Shown here piece after piece: positions 1-9,862 of a stretch of DNA of 64,000 bases (position 1 is its first letter; each line of letters opens with the position of its first letter). A program made the translations under genes and the position numbers. The stretch is from NCBI GenBank assembly GCA_021513715.1, contig CP084167.1, forward strand, positions 2,720,001 through 2,784,000, written 5' to 3'. This stretch comes from Candidatus Heimdallarchaeum endolithica (GTDB lineage Archaea; Asgardarchaeota; Heimdallarchaeia; Heimdallarchaeales; Heimdallarchaeaceae). Below the pieces are notes generated by a model. It made no database searches. It had not been told where the DNA came from and worked only from the letters and a program-made list of their open reading frames with translations.

Positions 1-937
1 TAGCTCCAAAGAGAATAGCAAAAACGTAGGGAATAGTAAAAATCAAGGATTTCTTCTTCCATTTAGTATAAGAACAAAGAGCAGCAGACATTGCATAAGC
101 TGCGTGCACACTTGGTAAACTTGCAAAAGAGTTACTTTCAAAGCTATAGACTGTATGAAACAAGCTTATTCCCAATAACTCATCTATTCTACTTAAACCT
201 GCAGTCACACTTTCACTGTAGGAAATGTTTGGAGAGGGAGAATCAAACCCATATTGCGCTATATACCACGGAGCTGCTGCAGGAAAAACAACATAAGTGA
301 TAAATGAGATTAGTGAAACAATTGAAAATGACAAAACTGTAAAACGTATATTTTTTCTATCTTTTCCAATGAGCATTAACACAATAATAATAAACGGAAT
401 TACTGTATGGAGAATATAAGTAAAACCAAAAACAACATCTACTGTCAAAGAGGAGAAAGTAGTTGCGAACCATTCATTGGGTGATAACCCTCTAAACATC
501 CAAGAAAAAAACTTCATATCGAAGGTGTATAATTCAGTGGTATGTACTCTTGGATAAATGAGTTTTTCTTGTACAATTGCAAGAGAATCGTAACTCAGCC
601 AAATAAAAATAAAAGGACTAAAGTCTAGCAATAAAGAAAATGGTTTCTTAAATTTGCTAGGCTCTACTTTATACATTATAACTGAAATAGTTAGTATACC
701 AAATGTTAATAGGATAGTCATAATATTTATTCTTATTACAAATACTCTACCCAACAGTGCTATAATTAGTAAATATAGAATAAAAAGAAAATCTAGTACA
801 TATATTACTTTTCCTTCAAATTTGGTTTTTTCTACTTGATCTCTAAATTCTACTAAATAAGGTTGGAAATATTCCTTTACATTTGAAAGGTTTTGTTGTA
901 TATTGGCGAAATAATATTTGAGTAGTTCTCCCTTCAT
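1..937 (-). CDS. Multi-pass membrane protein, 3' end outside the window
   Basis: ATG at 937 (MKGELLKYYFA...) opens a hydrophobic frame running toward the window start. It is absent from the ORF track, consistent with no stop inside the window. Confidence 0.55.
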   Translation of the reverse strand, partial: MKGELLKYYFANIQQNLSNVKEYFQPYLVEFRDQVEKTKFEGKVIYVLDFLFILYLLIIALLGRVFVIRINIMTILLTFGILTISVIMYKVEPSKFKKPFSLLLDFSPFIFIWLSYDSLAIVQEKLIYPRVHTTELYTFDMKFFSWMFRGLSPNEWFATTFSSLTVDVVFGFTYILHTVIPFIIIVLMLIGKDRKNIRFTVLSFSIVSLISFITYVVFPAAAPWYIAQYGFDSPSPNISYSESVTAGLSRIDELLGISLFHTVYSFESNSFASLPSVHAAYAMSAALCSYTKWKKKSLIFTIPYVFAILFGA

Positions 938-1036
938 CAAAAAAATTTAAACAAAGAATTATTTAAAAATTAATTGTTTGTAACATTTTTTCTTATAATC
1001 ATTTATTTAGCCAATTGATTGCAGAACTTTTTAATA

Positions 1037-2040
1037 AAGCATGTCCAAAAATTCTTTTTCACCTACTAAACGGTCCGAAGGAGTAAAAGGTAGTTGTAAC
1101 AGAGGAGAGAACTGTACAAGGTAGAGAGGATGGTGGAGGGTAAACGATCAAGGATTGGGGGATGAGAGAGTTTGAGGAGACCAAAGACGTGTTCAATACT
1201 ACTACGATACTCGGGGTGATGATTATGACGATACAGACCAGGGTAGAGACGATGAGCTTGAACTATTGGTCCGAGGGGAGGAGGAGAGGGATAACGAGCA
1301 TTACTTTTTGGGGGAATAACAGGAAAAAAGGAATGTTGGCTAAGAAGTCCAACGATATTTTCTGTCCAGTAGGCACAGTCTCCATAAAATCGCAAGAAAG
1401 GTCTCAAGAGTGCAGAAGGAAGTTTCTGCCAGAGTAAACCGAAGACTTTACTATCGTGAGTGTTACTAGCAGAATGAGCGAGAGAGACTATAGCTCGAGA
1501 GGGTAAACCAACTATAAGGTGTATCTTCCAGAAAAGTTTAGAGGTTTTCTTTAGTCCTCCTCTTACCCACTTGAGAAAACGCCAAACAGAAGCTTGACGG
1601 ATTTTAAACCCTGAACTATCCACTGCCATAGCTTTCAAGCCTTTTTTCCTCACTATTTCCCTACCTAAATCTATTATCCACTGCTCTAAGATTTTACTTT
1701 CTGTCGCTCTCCACACTGCATGAAAAGTAGATTTAGAAGGAATCTTCTTCATCCACCCCTCTTCTATCAAAAAATCGCATAAAGCCAACTTTTCCTCTAA
1801 CTTCCTCCAAGCTATCCCTTCTATTCTCGCAATAATTGCTAAAGCCAGTATCACCCACCTTTCTGCTATTCTTTTTCTCCCTCTCTTACTTTCTCTCGGT
1901 TCCTCTTTCACCAGTTTCTTAAGGAAAGGTTCATTAATGATTATGAATTCTCTTACTTTGTGGGGGTCTATGATCTGAAAGTAAGTCATAATTCCGACAT
2001 AAACCCCCACATTAATAAAAATTAATTTTTGGACATGCTT
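1037..2040 (-). mobile_element. IS5-family (IS903/ISH1-like) insertion sequence, intact copy 1
   Basis: 17-bp terminal inverted repeats AAGCATGTCCAAAAATT / AATTTTTGGACATGCTT. Flanking direct repeat TTAATA at 1031-1036 and 2041-2046. Near-identical to 48171-49174. Confidence 0.93.
1066..2010 (-). CDS. IS5-family DDE transposase
   Basis: Motifs AVDSSGFK, WKIHL, HDS, GDCAY, IPPKSNA and YRSSIEHVF (DDE triad, IS903-group style). Confidence 0.9.
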   Translation of the reverse strand: MGVYVGIMTYFQIIDPHKVREFIIINEPFLKKLVKEEPRESKRGRKRIAERWVILALAIIARIEGIAWRKLEEKLALCDFLIEEGWMKKIPSKSTFHAVWRATESKILEQWIIDLGREIVRKKGLKAMAVDSSGFKIRQASVWRFLKWVRGGLKKTSKLFWKIHLIVGLPSRAIVSLAHSASNTHDSKVFGLLWQKLPSALLRPFLRFYGDCAYWTENIVGLLSQHSFFPVIPPKSNARYPSPPPLGPIVQAHRLYPGLYRHNHHPEYRSSIEHVFGLLKLSHPPILDRLPSTILSTLYSSLLCYNYLLLLRTV

Positions 2041-2139
2041 TTAATACAAAAATTAGTTTTTTCAGTTAGTAAATACAAAAATCAAGACAAACAAGAGAAT
2101 AATGAATAAATAAAAAATAGTATAAAATCAAATCAAAAA

Positions 2140-2970
2140 TTAAGTTTTTGTCTCATATATAGTTGGGTCTTCAATATTTGCTTGATTAAAAGCTCTAATT
2201 CTGCGCATACATGGCTCGCAATGACCGCAATGTATAGGTATACCCTCTTCTGTCCATTTTTTAACATTATAACAAGAAGCTGAATAAGCAATAAGTGCGT
2301 TTTGCTTAACCATAAATTCTGCTATTTCTTTTTTTGTATTTTTAACAAAAGGAGCTATTAGTTTAATATCATTTAATGTTCCTATTTCTATAGCTTTTTC
2401 CATCCTTTTTACAAATTCTAAAGAATTATCAGGATAAATTGTTCCTTCTTCCTTATTTGCACCAAAAATGATATCAATGGATTTTTTCATGCTATCTGCC
2501 CACGATGATGCAATAGAAAGAAAAAGAAGATTTCGTCCAGGTACCCAGACCATTTTCTCTTTTTGAGATATTTTTTCTTTTTCAAACTTCTGGAATTCTC
2601 CCAGATCTTTAAACATTGGTGTATTTAACCCTGATTCTGATAAATATGAGCCTGAACTTTTTGCTAGTTGACTTAAAAATGGTAATTCAATGATATCTTT
2701 TTTTATGTTGAACCTTTCTGAAAAGAAGTTTAATGACTTTCTAATTACTTCATCTTCTTTACTTCCATAGACAAAACCTAAAAGAGAAACATCTGAATAT
2801 CTCTCTTTTACCCAATATAAACAAGCTGTTGAGTCTAATCCCCCTGAAAAAAGAACAATTGCTTTTCTTTTTAACATTGAAATATCTCCTTTAGAAACTT
2901 TTCTTTCTTCTTTTATGAATATTTCCTTATTACTTTGTAGTAATAACTTAACAATAATTGAGAAACTCAA
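2140..2970 (-). CDS. queC: 7-cyano-7-deazaguanine (preQ0) synthase
   Basis: PP-loop SGGLDS, VPGRN, YPD, and Zn site SCY...CGHCEPC..R. True start is probably the internal MLKRKAIV. Confidence 0.93.
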   Translation of the reverse strand: MSFSIIVKLLLQSNKEIFIKEERKVSKGDISMLKRKAIVLFSGGLDSTACLYWVKERYSDVSLLGFVYGSKEDEVIRKSLNFFSERFNIKKDIIELPFLSQLAKSSGSYLSESGLNTPMFKDLGEFQKFEKEKISQKEKMVWVPGRNLLFLSIASSWADSMKKSIDIIFGANKEEGTIYPDNSLEFVKRMEKAIEIGTLNDIKLIAPFVKNTKKEIAEFMVKQNALIAYSASCYNVKKWTEEGIPIHCGHCEPCMRRIRAFNQANIEDPTIYETKT

Positions 2971-3015
2971 GAAAAATAAAAATTCAGAAAAAGATATAAA
3001 TAAAAATCAATACCT

Positions 3016-3975
3016 ATGGACATGTCTTTTCAAAGAAAGGAGAAGTTAAAGCGGTTTTTCAAAAAATTTAGTAAATATTTACTTGATGGTTCAGCTTTCT
3101 TTTTAGCTATGGTTGCCATGACAATAGACTTTTTTACTGACTTAATTTCTCCAGATTTCCAATTTTCAATACTGGTTCTCCTTTTAAGTTTAGTATTTAT
3201 TGGACGGATACTAGAAAAAGAACACATTCTGAAAATAAACACTTTTAAACAAAAACTAGAGAGGGCCTTTTATGGATTTCAAGAGAATAAAGAGTTGTTA
3301 AGAAGTATTAATAATAAAATAGAAAAACCAACAATTTCAGATGTAGTTACTAAATGGAAAGATGAAGAAATCAAAAGTAGTTTAAAGATAGCAGAGGAAT
3401 TAGTAATATCAGCTATATACCCTTTTGAGTTATTAACCTCGATAAAAGGGGATTTAATTTCTTATTTAGTTGAAAACAAAATAAAAATGAGGATTTTGCT
3501 TACAGGATTCGATTTTGAAAGTCACGCGTTCAAAAATGCAATTATAAGAGAAGACTTTTCTTCTGAAGAACAAAGGGAAGAGCTAGTTAGAAGTAGAATT
3601 TCAAATACAAAATATCTGTTGATGCAAATCATCTCTAAAGTTGAAGAAGGAATTAGAAAAAAAAGTGAAGGTGAAGAAATAGAAGAGAGAGACATTTTAG
3701 AAAAAATAAAGGAATTAATTAAAATAAAAGCAAATAATTATTACTCTGGCTATATATTATCAATTCTAAAGGATAGAACTATGAAATCTATCGCTTTTGT
3801 AACAATTAATAATTTTAGACAAGAAATCGATGATAGACTATATTTCAAAATATATGAAAAGGATGATGAACGCTGGTTTAAGCATTTCGAGAGAGATTTT
3901 GAGAATATGTGGTCTATAAGTGGAAAAAGCATTACTGAAGAACTATACAAAGAAAATAGTAAAAATAGTAACTAA
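3016..3975 (+). CDS. Hypothetical protein with two N-terminal TM helices and a soluble alpha/beta domain (possibly PLD-like fold)
   Basis: 319-aa ORF with a hydrophobic hairpin at about aa 25-62 and the ending WFKHFERDFENMW. Confidence 0.55.
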   Translation: MDMSFQRKEKLKRFFKKFSKYLLDGSAFFLAMVAMTIDFFTDLISPDFQFSILVLLLSLVFIGRILEKEHILKINTFKQKLERAFYGFQENKELLRSINNKIEKPTISDVVTKWKDEEIKSSLKIAEELVISAIYPFELLTSIKGDLISYLVENKIKMRILLTGFDFESHAFKNAIIREDFSSEEQREELVRSRISNTKYLLMQIISKVEEGIRKKSEGEEIEERDILEKIKELIKIKANNYYSGYILSILKDRTMKSIAFVTINNFRQEIDDRLYFKIYEKDDERWFKHFERDFENMWSISGKSITEELYKENSKNSN

Positions 3976-4008
3976 ATACTAAAATTGATGATAAAAAAAG
4001 AAAAGGGT

Positions 4009-7000
4009 TTAACTTTTATTTACCCTTTTTCTTATCAATAATCCGATAAAACTTATTCCAAGCAAAGATATGATTATTGAAAATAGTGAAATGGGGTTTT
4101 TAGTTGTATCATTGTTATTGTTGTTAGTTGAGGATAATATGGTTACAGTTACAGAGTCAGTTGCTGATAGTCCTGTTGAATCTGTAACTACAATAGTAAT
4201 ATTATGTGTTCCAACGCCCAAGTCATCTACAGAGAAACTAATTGCTTGGTCAGATAACCACGAACCGCTTGAAACCACAGTACCATTTGAATAAATAGTA
4301 TAAGTTGAAGGATTAGTATCTGTAACCACCCATGTTAAAGTATAGCCAGTTGAACCTTCTTCAAAAGTAAGATCTGCAGGAGTGGAAGTAAATTGCGGCG
4401 ATACTGGCTTATTTACAAACACCCATGTAGTGTCAGTTGCAGATAATCCTGTTGAATCTGTAACTACAATAGTAATATTATGTGTTCCAACGCCCAAGTC
4501 ATCTACAGAGAAACTAATTGCTTGGTCAGATAACCACGAACCGCTTGAAACCACAGTACCATTTGAATAAATAGTATAAGTTGAAGGATTAGTATCTGTA
4601 ACCACCCATGTTAAAGTATAGCCAGTTGAACCTTCTTCAAAAGTAAGATCTGCAGGAGTGGAAGTAAATTGCGGAGGAGTAGTAGATTCTATTGAAAAAA
4701 TGCTAAACTCGAAAGTTATTGTTGTTAAGTGGTTGAACTTATCATAGATATTTAACTTTATTTTCCAATCTCCTTCAGTAAATAATATTATAGGAACAGT
4801 GAAAACATTTCCTGTTGTAAGTATTGTGTAATTCTCTGCTCCTGTAACTTGAGCTTCAATATTAATAGAACTAGTATCGTCAAATACAAAAGTTATTAAG
4901 TCTAAACTAGTTTCTTCTACAATTCTTTCAATACTGCTAAAACTACTAAGATTAAATTTGTTGCTTATTGGTTGGATGCTTATTGTAGGAGCAGTAGAAT
5001 CAACTACTAGTTTTACTGCAGTTGGATTGCTAGTAAAAGTTGAATTTTTGGCTTGTAACCAGATTATATGTTGTTTTTCAACACTTATCTCTGGAAGAAT
5101 AGTAGAGAGATTAATTGTAGTTTTATATTCATTCCAAGACGACCAGCTATCTCCTTCTGAATCTCTTATCCGTAAATCAGTGTAATAACTTGAATCTTTA
5201 AGTTGAAGAATAAAGTTTTCTTGTTCTAGTTGTACCTTGTTTTCATTGTTAATAATTACCCCATTCCCGTAGTCTATCATATTTGACCATTTAGCTACAA
5301 CTGCTTCTGCAGGAGCATAACTAATAGAATATTCTGGAAAGTGAGAAGGCCAGTATTTCCATCCAAAACTAAATAACCCTTCAATCCATGTTCTATTTGC
5401 TATTGCTCTATATAGTGCTTCATAGATTCTAGCTTGAATATCAGGTCGATATTCGATATTTGTTCCCTCATAAATACTTGGGATAGTAGGTTGACTGTTA
5501 GCTTCTTCCATTGAAGCATAAGCTACTTGAGTAAAGAGGATAGGTTTTTGATAAGTTAAATAGAATGGTCGATAGTGTGTATCAAGAACATCCTCAAAAG
5601 CAGTAGTCAATTCATCTACTGAAGGATCAAGATTTCCAGATAGCACAGATTCCCAGAAATAAAAACCAATGAAATCAAGCAAACTATAATACTGAAAGTC
5701 ATCTGTCCAACCTTGGTGAGTTGTAAGCATGCCAGAATATATTTCTCTAATCTCAGGAATTAAATTTAACATAAATGAATCATAAGAATCATGTATCCAA
5801 TCCCCGCTTACACGAGCAAAAGTCATGAATTCTATTCCTAGTTTCTGTGAAAGCTCTGCGTAATGGATATAAAATGTTTTCAAGCCTTCAAGTAATACAT
5901 TGATTTGTTCAGTTGTAAAATTCCCCCATTGAGAAGAATCAGTTGTTTGTTCTGTATTTATTTGAAGAGAAATACCCACTCTCAAACCATACTTTTTTGC
6001 TGTTTCTACTAATAAAGATAAGTCTTCATCTGGTGTATAAACACCCGTTGTAGAAGAAAGATAGGGGAGTGGTTTTAATCTGTCATAATTCCAAATAGGA
6101 CTATATTCTATCCATTTTCCTCCTAGTTCTGCAAAGTGCTTGAATGCTGGTTCTAAAGACGAAAGCATGTCGGGTGCCCAATAATCAATAGGCATTACTC
6201 CAGTAATTAAAGAAGTTCTATTCCAAGGAGGAGAAAGATCTTTCCACGAGTCGACAGAAAAATAAAATTCTTCTCCTTCAAATTTAGGAATTACAGTAAA
6301 GTTTTTCTCAGTAGAAGTAGTCCAAGTTCCTCTAGTAACAGTAAAACTTGTTTCTATATTTTTATCTAAAATAATGAATGTACGGTAAGAATGAGCATCT
6401 ATTTTCTCTAGATTTTGTCCTTGTGGATTTATCCAGTTATTAAACAATTCTCCTGCAAGGTAAAGAGAAACATCTGGTGTGTAAGATGGGACAGTAAAAA
6501 TTAAGCTTACATTTACGCTATCTCCTGTGGATATTTGGGGACTTTTAATGTAATTCCATTTAGAAACAGTGTCTATAAACTCTCCTTCAGATGCAGTTTT
6601 TGTTCTGGGATTTGATTCGTTATAATCATTTTCCCATATAGAATGAGCAACTTGTCCCACAGTATAATAATATTTAAACTCCCATCCTTCAGGATATTCA
6701 AGTTCTGTGTACCATTCTGTTGAACTTATTCTATTCATTTTAAGAAAAGAATTACTTGCTACTAAAGATACTCCAAATTCTTGAGGAGTGTTTTCAGGTA
6801 CATTAACTGTAAATTTCATATGAACATAACCAGTATTTTTCCAAGCACCAACTTCATCAACTATTACAGAATTGTTCTCTGGGTAGACAGAACGAACATA
6901 TGGATTAGGATTCGGTGTATCAACTTCATAATAGGTGCTATATGAACCTAAAGTATAAAAATAGTTAAATGGAACATGTTCTGGTATCTCCAAAGTCTGA

Positions 7001-7854
7001 ATAAACCAATTATCTTTAACGTGTTGTAATTGTACATTTCTTGTTGAAACCATATAAGGGTAAACATAACCTAGTTGAGGTAGGTCTCCAACCAATTTCA
7101 CTTGTTTATCTTGTGTATTATCGGGTGTTTTAACGAGAAAAGTAACTCTTATTATCGGAGTTTTTTCTAAACTAAAAGTTCCTAAACTAATTTCTAAAGG
7201 ATTATCATCAGCATCTGGAGACAAAGTCTGTTCCAGTTGTAAATTTTGGTGAAAATAAGAAAAAACGAGAATGTGTTGATAACCTGAAAAAACATTCTGT
7301 GCATAAAAAGAACCATTAGCACGTATCGGAGTTAATACTCCTCCAATAGCAACAAAACCTTGTTCAATAGGTTTGTTGGTTATTTGCTCAATTACTCGTC
7401 CTGTAATATTCAATCTTGTAATTGTAGAAGGATCAAATGAAGGACAAAAACCTACTATTTGATCTTGAATATTTGTATTTTCTTCAAAGATAACTATCGT
7501 TCTAAATGAGGGATTTTTATCTGAAAGATATTCCCATTGATTTCCACCTAAACTGTAACGATATCGCAGGAGTTTCCCTTTAGGTAGTTCAATATTTATT
7601 TCGAAAACATCTGGATCTTGACTACTCTTTGATAATTGATAACTATAATAATAATAAGGATCTATTAGGTATAAAATTTGTATTTCTAAAGAAGATACTT
7701 CATATGGGGTGGTTACAGAAAATGTGACGAGAATAGTTTCTCCTTCAATAGAAGATTCTGTGTTATAATCTTTTTTAACAGCATTTATAAACGGATTTAA
7801 ACTGCTAAAAGTAATTAAAAAAATAAAATAAAAAATCAAAACAAATTTTTTCAT
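4009..7854 (-). CDS. Secreted, membrane-anchored multidomain carbohydrate-active protein (CBM20-like modules, GH113-like TIM barrel, Ig-like repeats)
   Basis: Signal peptide. Repeated VTFxVxxPxxT...W modules. Barrel motifs AKKYGLRV, IREIYSG, LDFIG and KPILFT. Two Ig-like repeats, then a C-terminal TM helix and basic tail. Confidence 0.7.
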   Translation of the reverse strand: MKKFVLIFYFIFLITFSSLNPFINAVKKDYNTESSIEGETILVTFSVTTPYEVSSLEIQILYLIDPYYYYSYQLSKSSQDPDVFEINIELPKGKLLRYRYSLGGNQWEYLSDKNPSFRTIVIFEENTNIQDQIVGFCPSFDPSTITRLNITGRVIEQITNKPIEQGFVAIGGVLTPIRANGSFYAQNVFSGYQHILVFSYFHQNLQLEQTLSPDADDNPLEISLGTFSLEKTPIIRVTFLVKTPDNTQDKQVKLVGDLPQLGYVYPYMVSTRNVQLQHVKDNWFIQTLEIPEHVPFNYFYTLGSYSTYYEVDTPNPNPYVRSVYPENNSVIVDEVGAWKNTGYVHMKFTVNVPENTPQEFGVSLVASNSFLKMNRISSTEWYTELEYPEGWEFKYYYTVGQVAHSIWENDYNESNPRTKTASEGEFIDTVSKWNYIKSPQISTGDSVNVSLIFTVPSYTPDVSLYLAGELFNNWINPQGQNLEKIDAHSYRTFIILDKNIETSFTVTRGTWTTSTEKNFTVIPKFEGEEFYFSVDSWKDLSPPWNRTSLITGVMPIDYWAPDMLSSLEPAFKHFAELGGKWIEYSPIWNYDRLKPLPYLSSTTGVYTPDEDLSLLVETAKKYGLRVGISLQINTEQTTDSSQWGNFTTEQINVLLEGLKTFYIHYAELSQKLGIEFMTFARVSGDWIHDSYDSFMLNLIPEIREIYSGMLTTHQGWTDDFQYYSLLDFIGFYFWESVLSGNLDPSVDELTTAFEDVLDTHYRPFYLTYQKPILFTQVAYASMEEANSQPTIPSIYEGTNIEYRPDIQARIYEALYRAIANRTWIEGLFSFGWKYWPSHFPEYSISYAPAEAVVAKWSNMIDYGNGVIINNENKVQLEQENFILQLKDSSYYTDLRIRDSEGDSWSSWNEYKTTINLSTILPEISVEKQHIIWLQAKNSTFTSNPTAVKLVVDSTAPTISIQPISNKFNLSSFSSIERIVEETSLDLITFVFDDTSSINIEAQVTGAENYTILTTGNVFTVPIILFTEGDWKIKLNIYDKFNHLTTITFEFSIFSIESTTPPQFTSTPADLTFEEGSTGYTLTWVVTDTNPSTYTIYSNGTVVSSGSWLSDQAISFSVDDLGVGTHNITIVVTDSTGLSATDTTWVFVNKPVSPQFTSTPADLTFEEGSTGYTLTWVVTDTNPSTYTIYSNGTVVSSGSWLSDQAISFSVDDLGVGTHNITIVVTDSTGLSATDSVTVTILSSTNNNNNDTTKNPISLFSIIISLLGISFIGLLIRKRVNKS
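4156..4674. repeat. Intragenic tandem duplication, 276-bp period
   Basis: 4156-4398 and 4432-4674 match except for about 2 nt. They encode the duplicated PQFTSTPADLTF...GLSATD module. Confidence 0.95.
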
Positions 7855-8034
7855 TCTAAATTTTCTCGCTCTTCAATATTTATATAGCTAATGATTGTCC
7901 AAAATTTTTCACAATTTTCAGCCTAAACATCTTTAAGATTAAAAAATCCTTCAATTCTTTTTATAAAAATTGAGTTGATAATATTAATGTATGGGAAAAT
8001 TCAAATGTTACTTTAACTATGATATTTTGAAATA

Positions 8035-8478
8035 ATGATTCATGCAATTTATATTATTGATCGTTCTGGAATTCCTCTCTTTTTTAGAGAAAAAGAAGAG
8101 AATTCGAGCGATATTACTCGGGCTACCCTATTTTCTGGTGTTATTTCTGCTATTCAAAGTTTGTTAAAAGATATGGAAATCGGAGAAGCTACTGAAGTTT
8201 CTACCAAAGCTTATGACATTCTACTTGAAGTTGCTATGAATTTTGCAGTAATTGTTGTTATTGATCCATGTGTTGAAAGTGATAAAACCTCATTGAGAAC
8301 TGAATTAACAAGATTTACAACAAAAGTTTCTTTTGAAATAAAGGACGTTGTTGACGCTAATCTTGTAAGAAAAGAAGAACAGATGCTAAATCAACTTACA
8401 GATGAGTTTATTAAAAATTGTGAACAAATACTTAACACTTCTGAAGCTACAAAACGTTTAAGAGATTCGCTTTGGTAA
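8035..8478 (+). CDS. Longin-like domain protein (Asgard type)
   Basis: The pattern MIHAIYIIDRSGIPLF...LFSGVISAIQSL is typical of Asgard longin-like domains. Confidence 0.65.
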   Translation: MIHAIYIIDRSGIPLFFREKEENSSDITRATLFSGVISAIQSLLKDMEIGEATEVSTKAYDILLEVAMNFAVIVVIDPCVESDKTSLRTELTRFTTKVSFEIKDVVDANLVRKEEQMLNQLTDEFIKNCEQILNTSEATKRLRDSLW

Positions 8479-8489
8479 AATAAAATAGA

Positions 8490-9218
8490 ATGCTTTCACG
8501 TAATAATGTTCCCATCCTTGCACCTGTAGTAGAGACAATAATTTCTATTCTTATGTTCATATTAGTTTTTAGAATTTGGCAGAGATATATAAAGAGAAAA
8601 AGAGATGCAACAGCCCAATTAGCCATCTGTTTTACTAGCTATGCAACAGGGATGTTACTTACGGCGATAGGAAAATGGTTACAATTTGGATTGAATATTG
8701 ACCCAGAAGTAACCTCTTATGCAGATTTTTTCATTTTGTTAGCTTATACCTTCACTGCTTTTTCAAACATATTCCTTTTTGTTTTTACTAATCAAATATT
8801 TCTTAACAATCAGATAAAATATCTTATCCCAATTACAATATTAAATAGCATTTCAATTGGTTTGTTCATCCCAAGAATTAGTATTCAACAAGGTAGTTAT
8901 GCAAACGCTTTTTTGATTGTTCTCTTTCACGCTTTTAATTCAATAATAGTAATGGTAATACTTGCGTGGCTTTCACTAAAAGAGCGAAAGAAGACAAAAG
9001 AGAAAATATCTAGGACTGGATTCTTACTTATCTCCCTATATGGAACCTTCATTTTACTGCTCTTTCTGTCCTTTGGAATTGATCTGGCTATAGTTTCAGC
9101 AACAGGAAAAGGTTATTCCATTTTTTATTATCTGTCTTGGTTCTTTGCCTTAGCAGGTTTGGTTAGTGGATATCTTGGATATATAATGCCTGATTGGTTT
9201 AGAAGAATAATAAAATAA
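8490..9218 (+). CDS. Multi-pass (about 7 TM) membrane protein
   Basis: About seven hydrophobic segments. Starts 11 bp after the longin-like gene. Confidence 0.75.
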   Translation: MLSRNNVPILAPVVETIISILMFILVFRIWQRYIKRKRDATAQLAICFTSYATGMLLTAIGKWLQFGLNIDPEVTSYADFFILLAYTFTAFSNIFLFVFTNQIFLNNQIKYLIPITILNSISIGLFIPRISIQQGSYANAFLIVLFHAFNSIIVMVILAWLSLKERKKTKEKISRTGFLLISLYGTFILLLFLSFGIDLAIVSATGKGYSIFYYLSWFFALAGLVSGYLGYIMPDWFRRIIK

Positions 9219-9277
9219 ATAAAAATAGTTCAAAAAATTAATTTATTTATTTTCATTCTAAAATTCATTCTTAAAAT

Positions 9278-9415
9278 TTATTTATTCTTTTTCATACTGA
9301 CAAGCCCACAAGAAGGACATATATACTTTGTATGTTTATGGAAGCCTCCTTTGCGTTTGACAGCTTTCATTTTTATCATTTTCTTTTCATTTTTCCTACA
9401 TCTAGGGCAAAACAT
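9278..9415 (-). CDS. Small basic zinc-ribbon protein (45 aa), below the ORF-track cutoff
   Basis: Manual translation: MFCPRCRKNEKKMIKMKAVKRKGGFHKHTKYICPSCGLVSMKKNK, with CxxC and CPxCG. Confidence 0.7.
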   Translation of the reverse strand: MFCPRCRKNEKKMIKMKAVKRKGGFHKHTKYICPSCGLVSMKKNK

Positions 9416-9522
9416 AACTAAAAGCAAAATTCATCTTTTAAAATTTTTTTCAACAACAAGACAAACTTTCTTTTTACTAAGATGGTTCTGTAAAGTCAAA
9501 TCTTAAAATATCTTCTATCTAT

Positions 9523-9726
9523 ATGTCAAAACTATATCTCGCTTGTAAATTGATCGATGTTGGGACATGTACTATTGTTATATATAACCAACAAGTAGAT
9601 GATGAATTGCTAGCGCTAGACGATGAAGATGAATTTGTTGTTTATTTAGACTCAGTAGGAAGAATAAAGAGAGATTATGGTTTAAAATCTTTATTTATTT
9701 ATATGAAAATCAACTATGAATTTTAG
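9523..9726 (+). CDS. Small hypothetical protein
   Basis: 67-aa ATG ORF in an otherwise empty interval. Confidence 0.35.
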   Translation: MSKLYLACKLIDVGTCTIVIYNQQVDDELLALDDEDEFVVYLDSVGRIKRDYGLKSLFIYMKINYEF

Positions 9727-9778
9727 AGAACAGTTTTTAATTTAAATAAAAGAATTTTTGCTCTCATTATTGGTAAGC

Positions 9779-9809
9779 TTTTTGTAAAAATTTAGTTTTG
9801 TATTTTTAC
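9779..9809. repeat. 31-bp direct repeat, copy 1 (internally palindromic)
   Basis: TTTTTGTAAAAATTTAGTTTTGTATTTTTAC. Arms GTAAAAAT / ATTTTTAC. One mismatch to 11158-11188. Confidence 0.8.
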
Positions 9810-9862
9810 CAATCACTACCAAGAAAGCCTTGTCCTTTCGTGCAGAGAGGATGTGAGATCTA

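Noticed and set aside
1162-1437. Antisense ORF recurring in IS copies (also 17559-17741 and 48774-49022)
   Set aside because: Its length varies between copies and it is explained by shared IS sequence and compositional skew.
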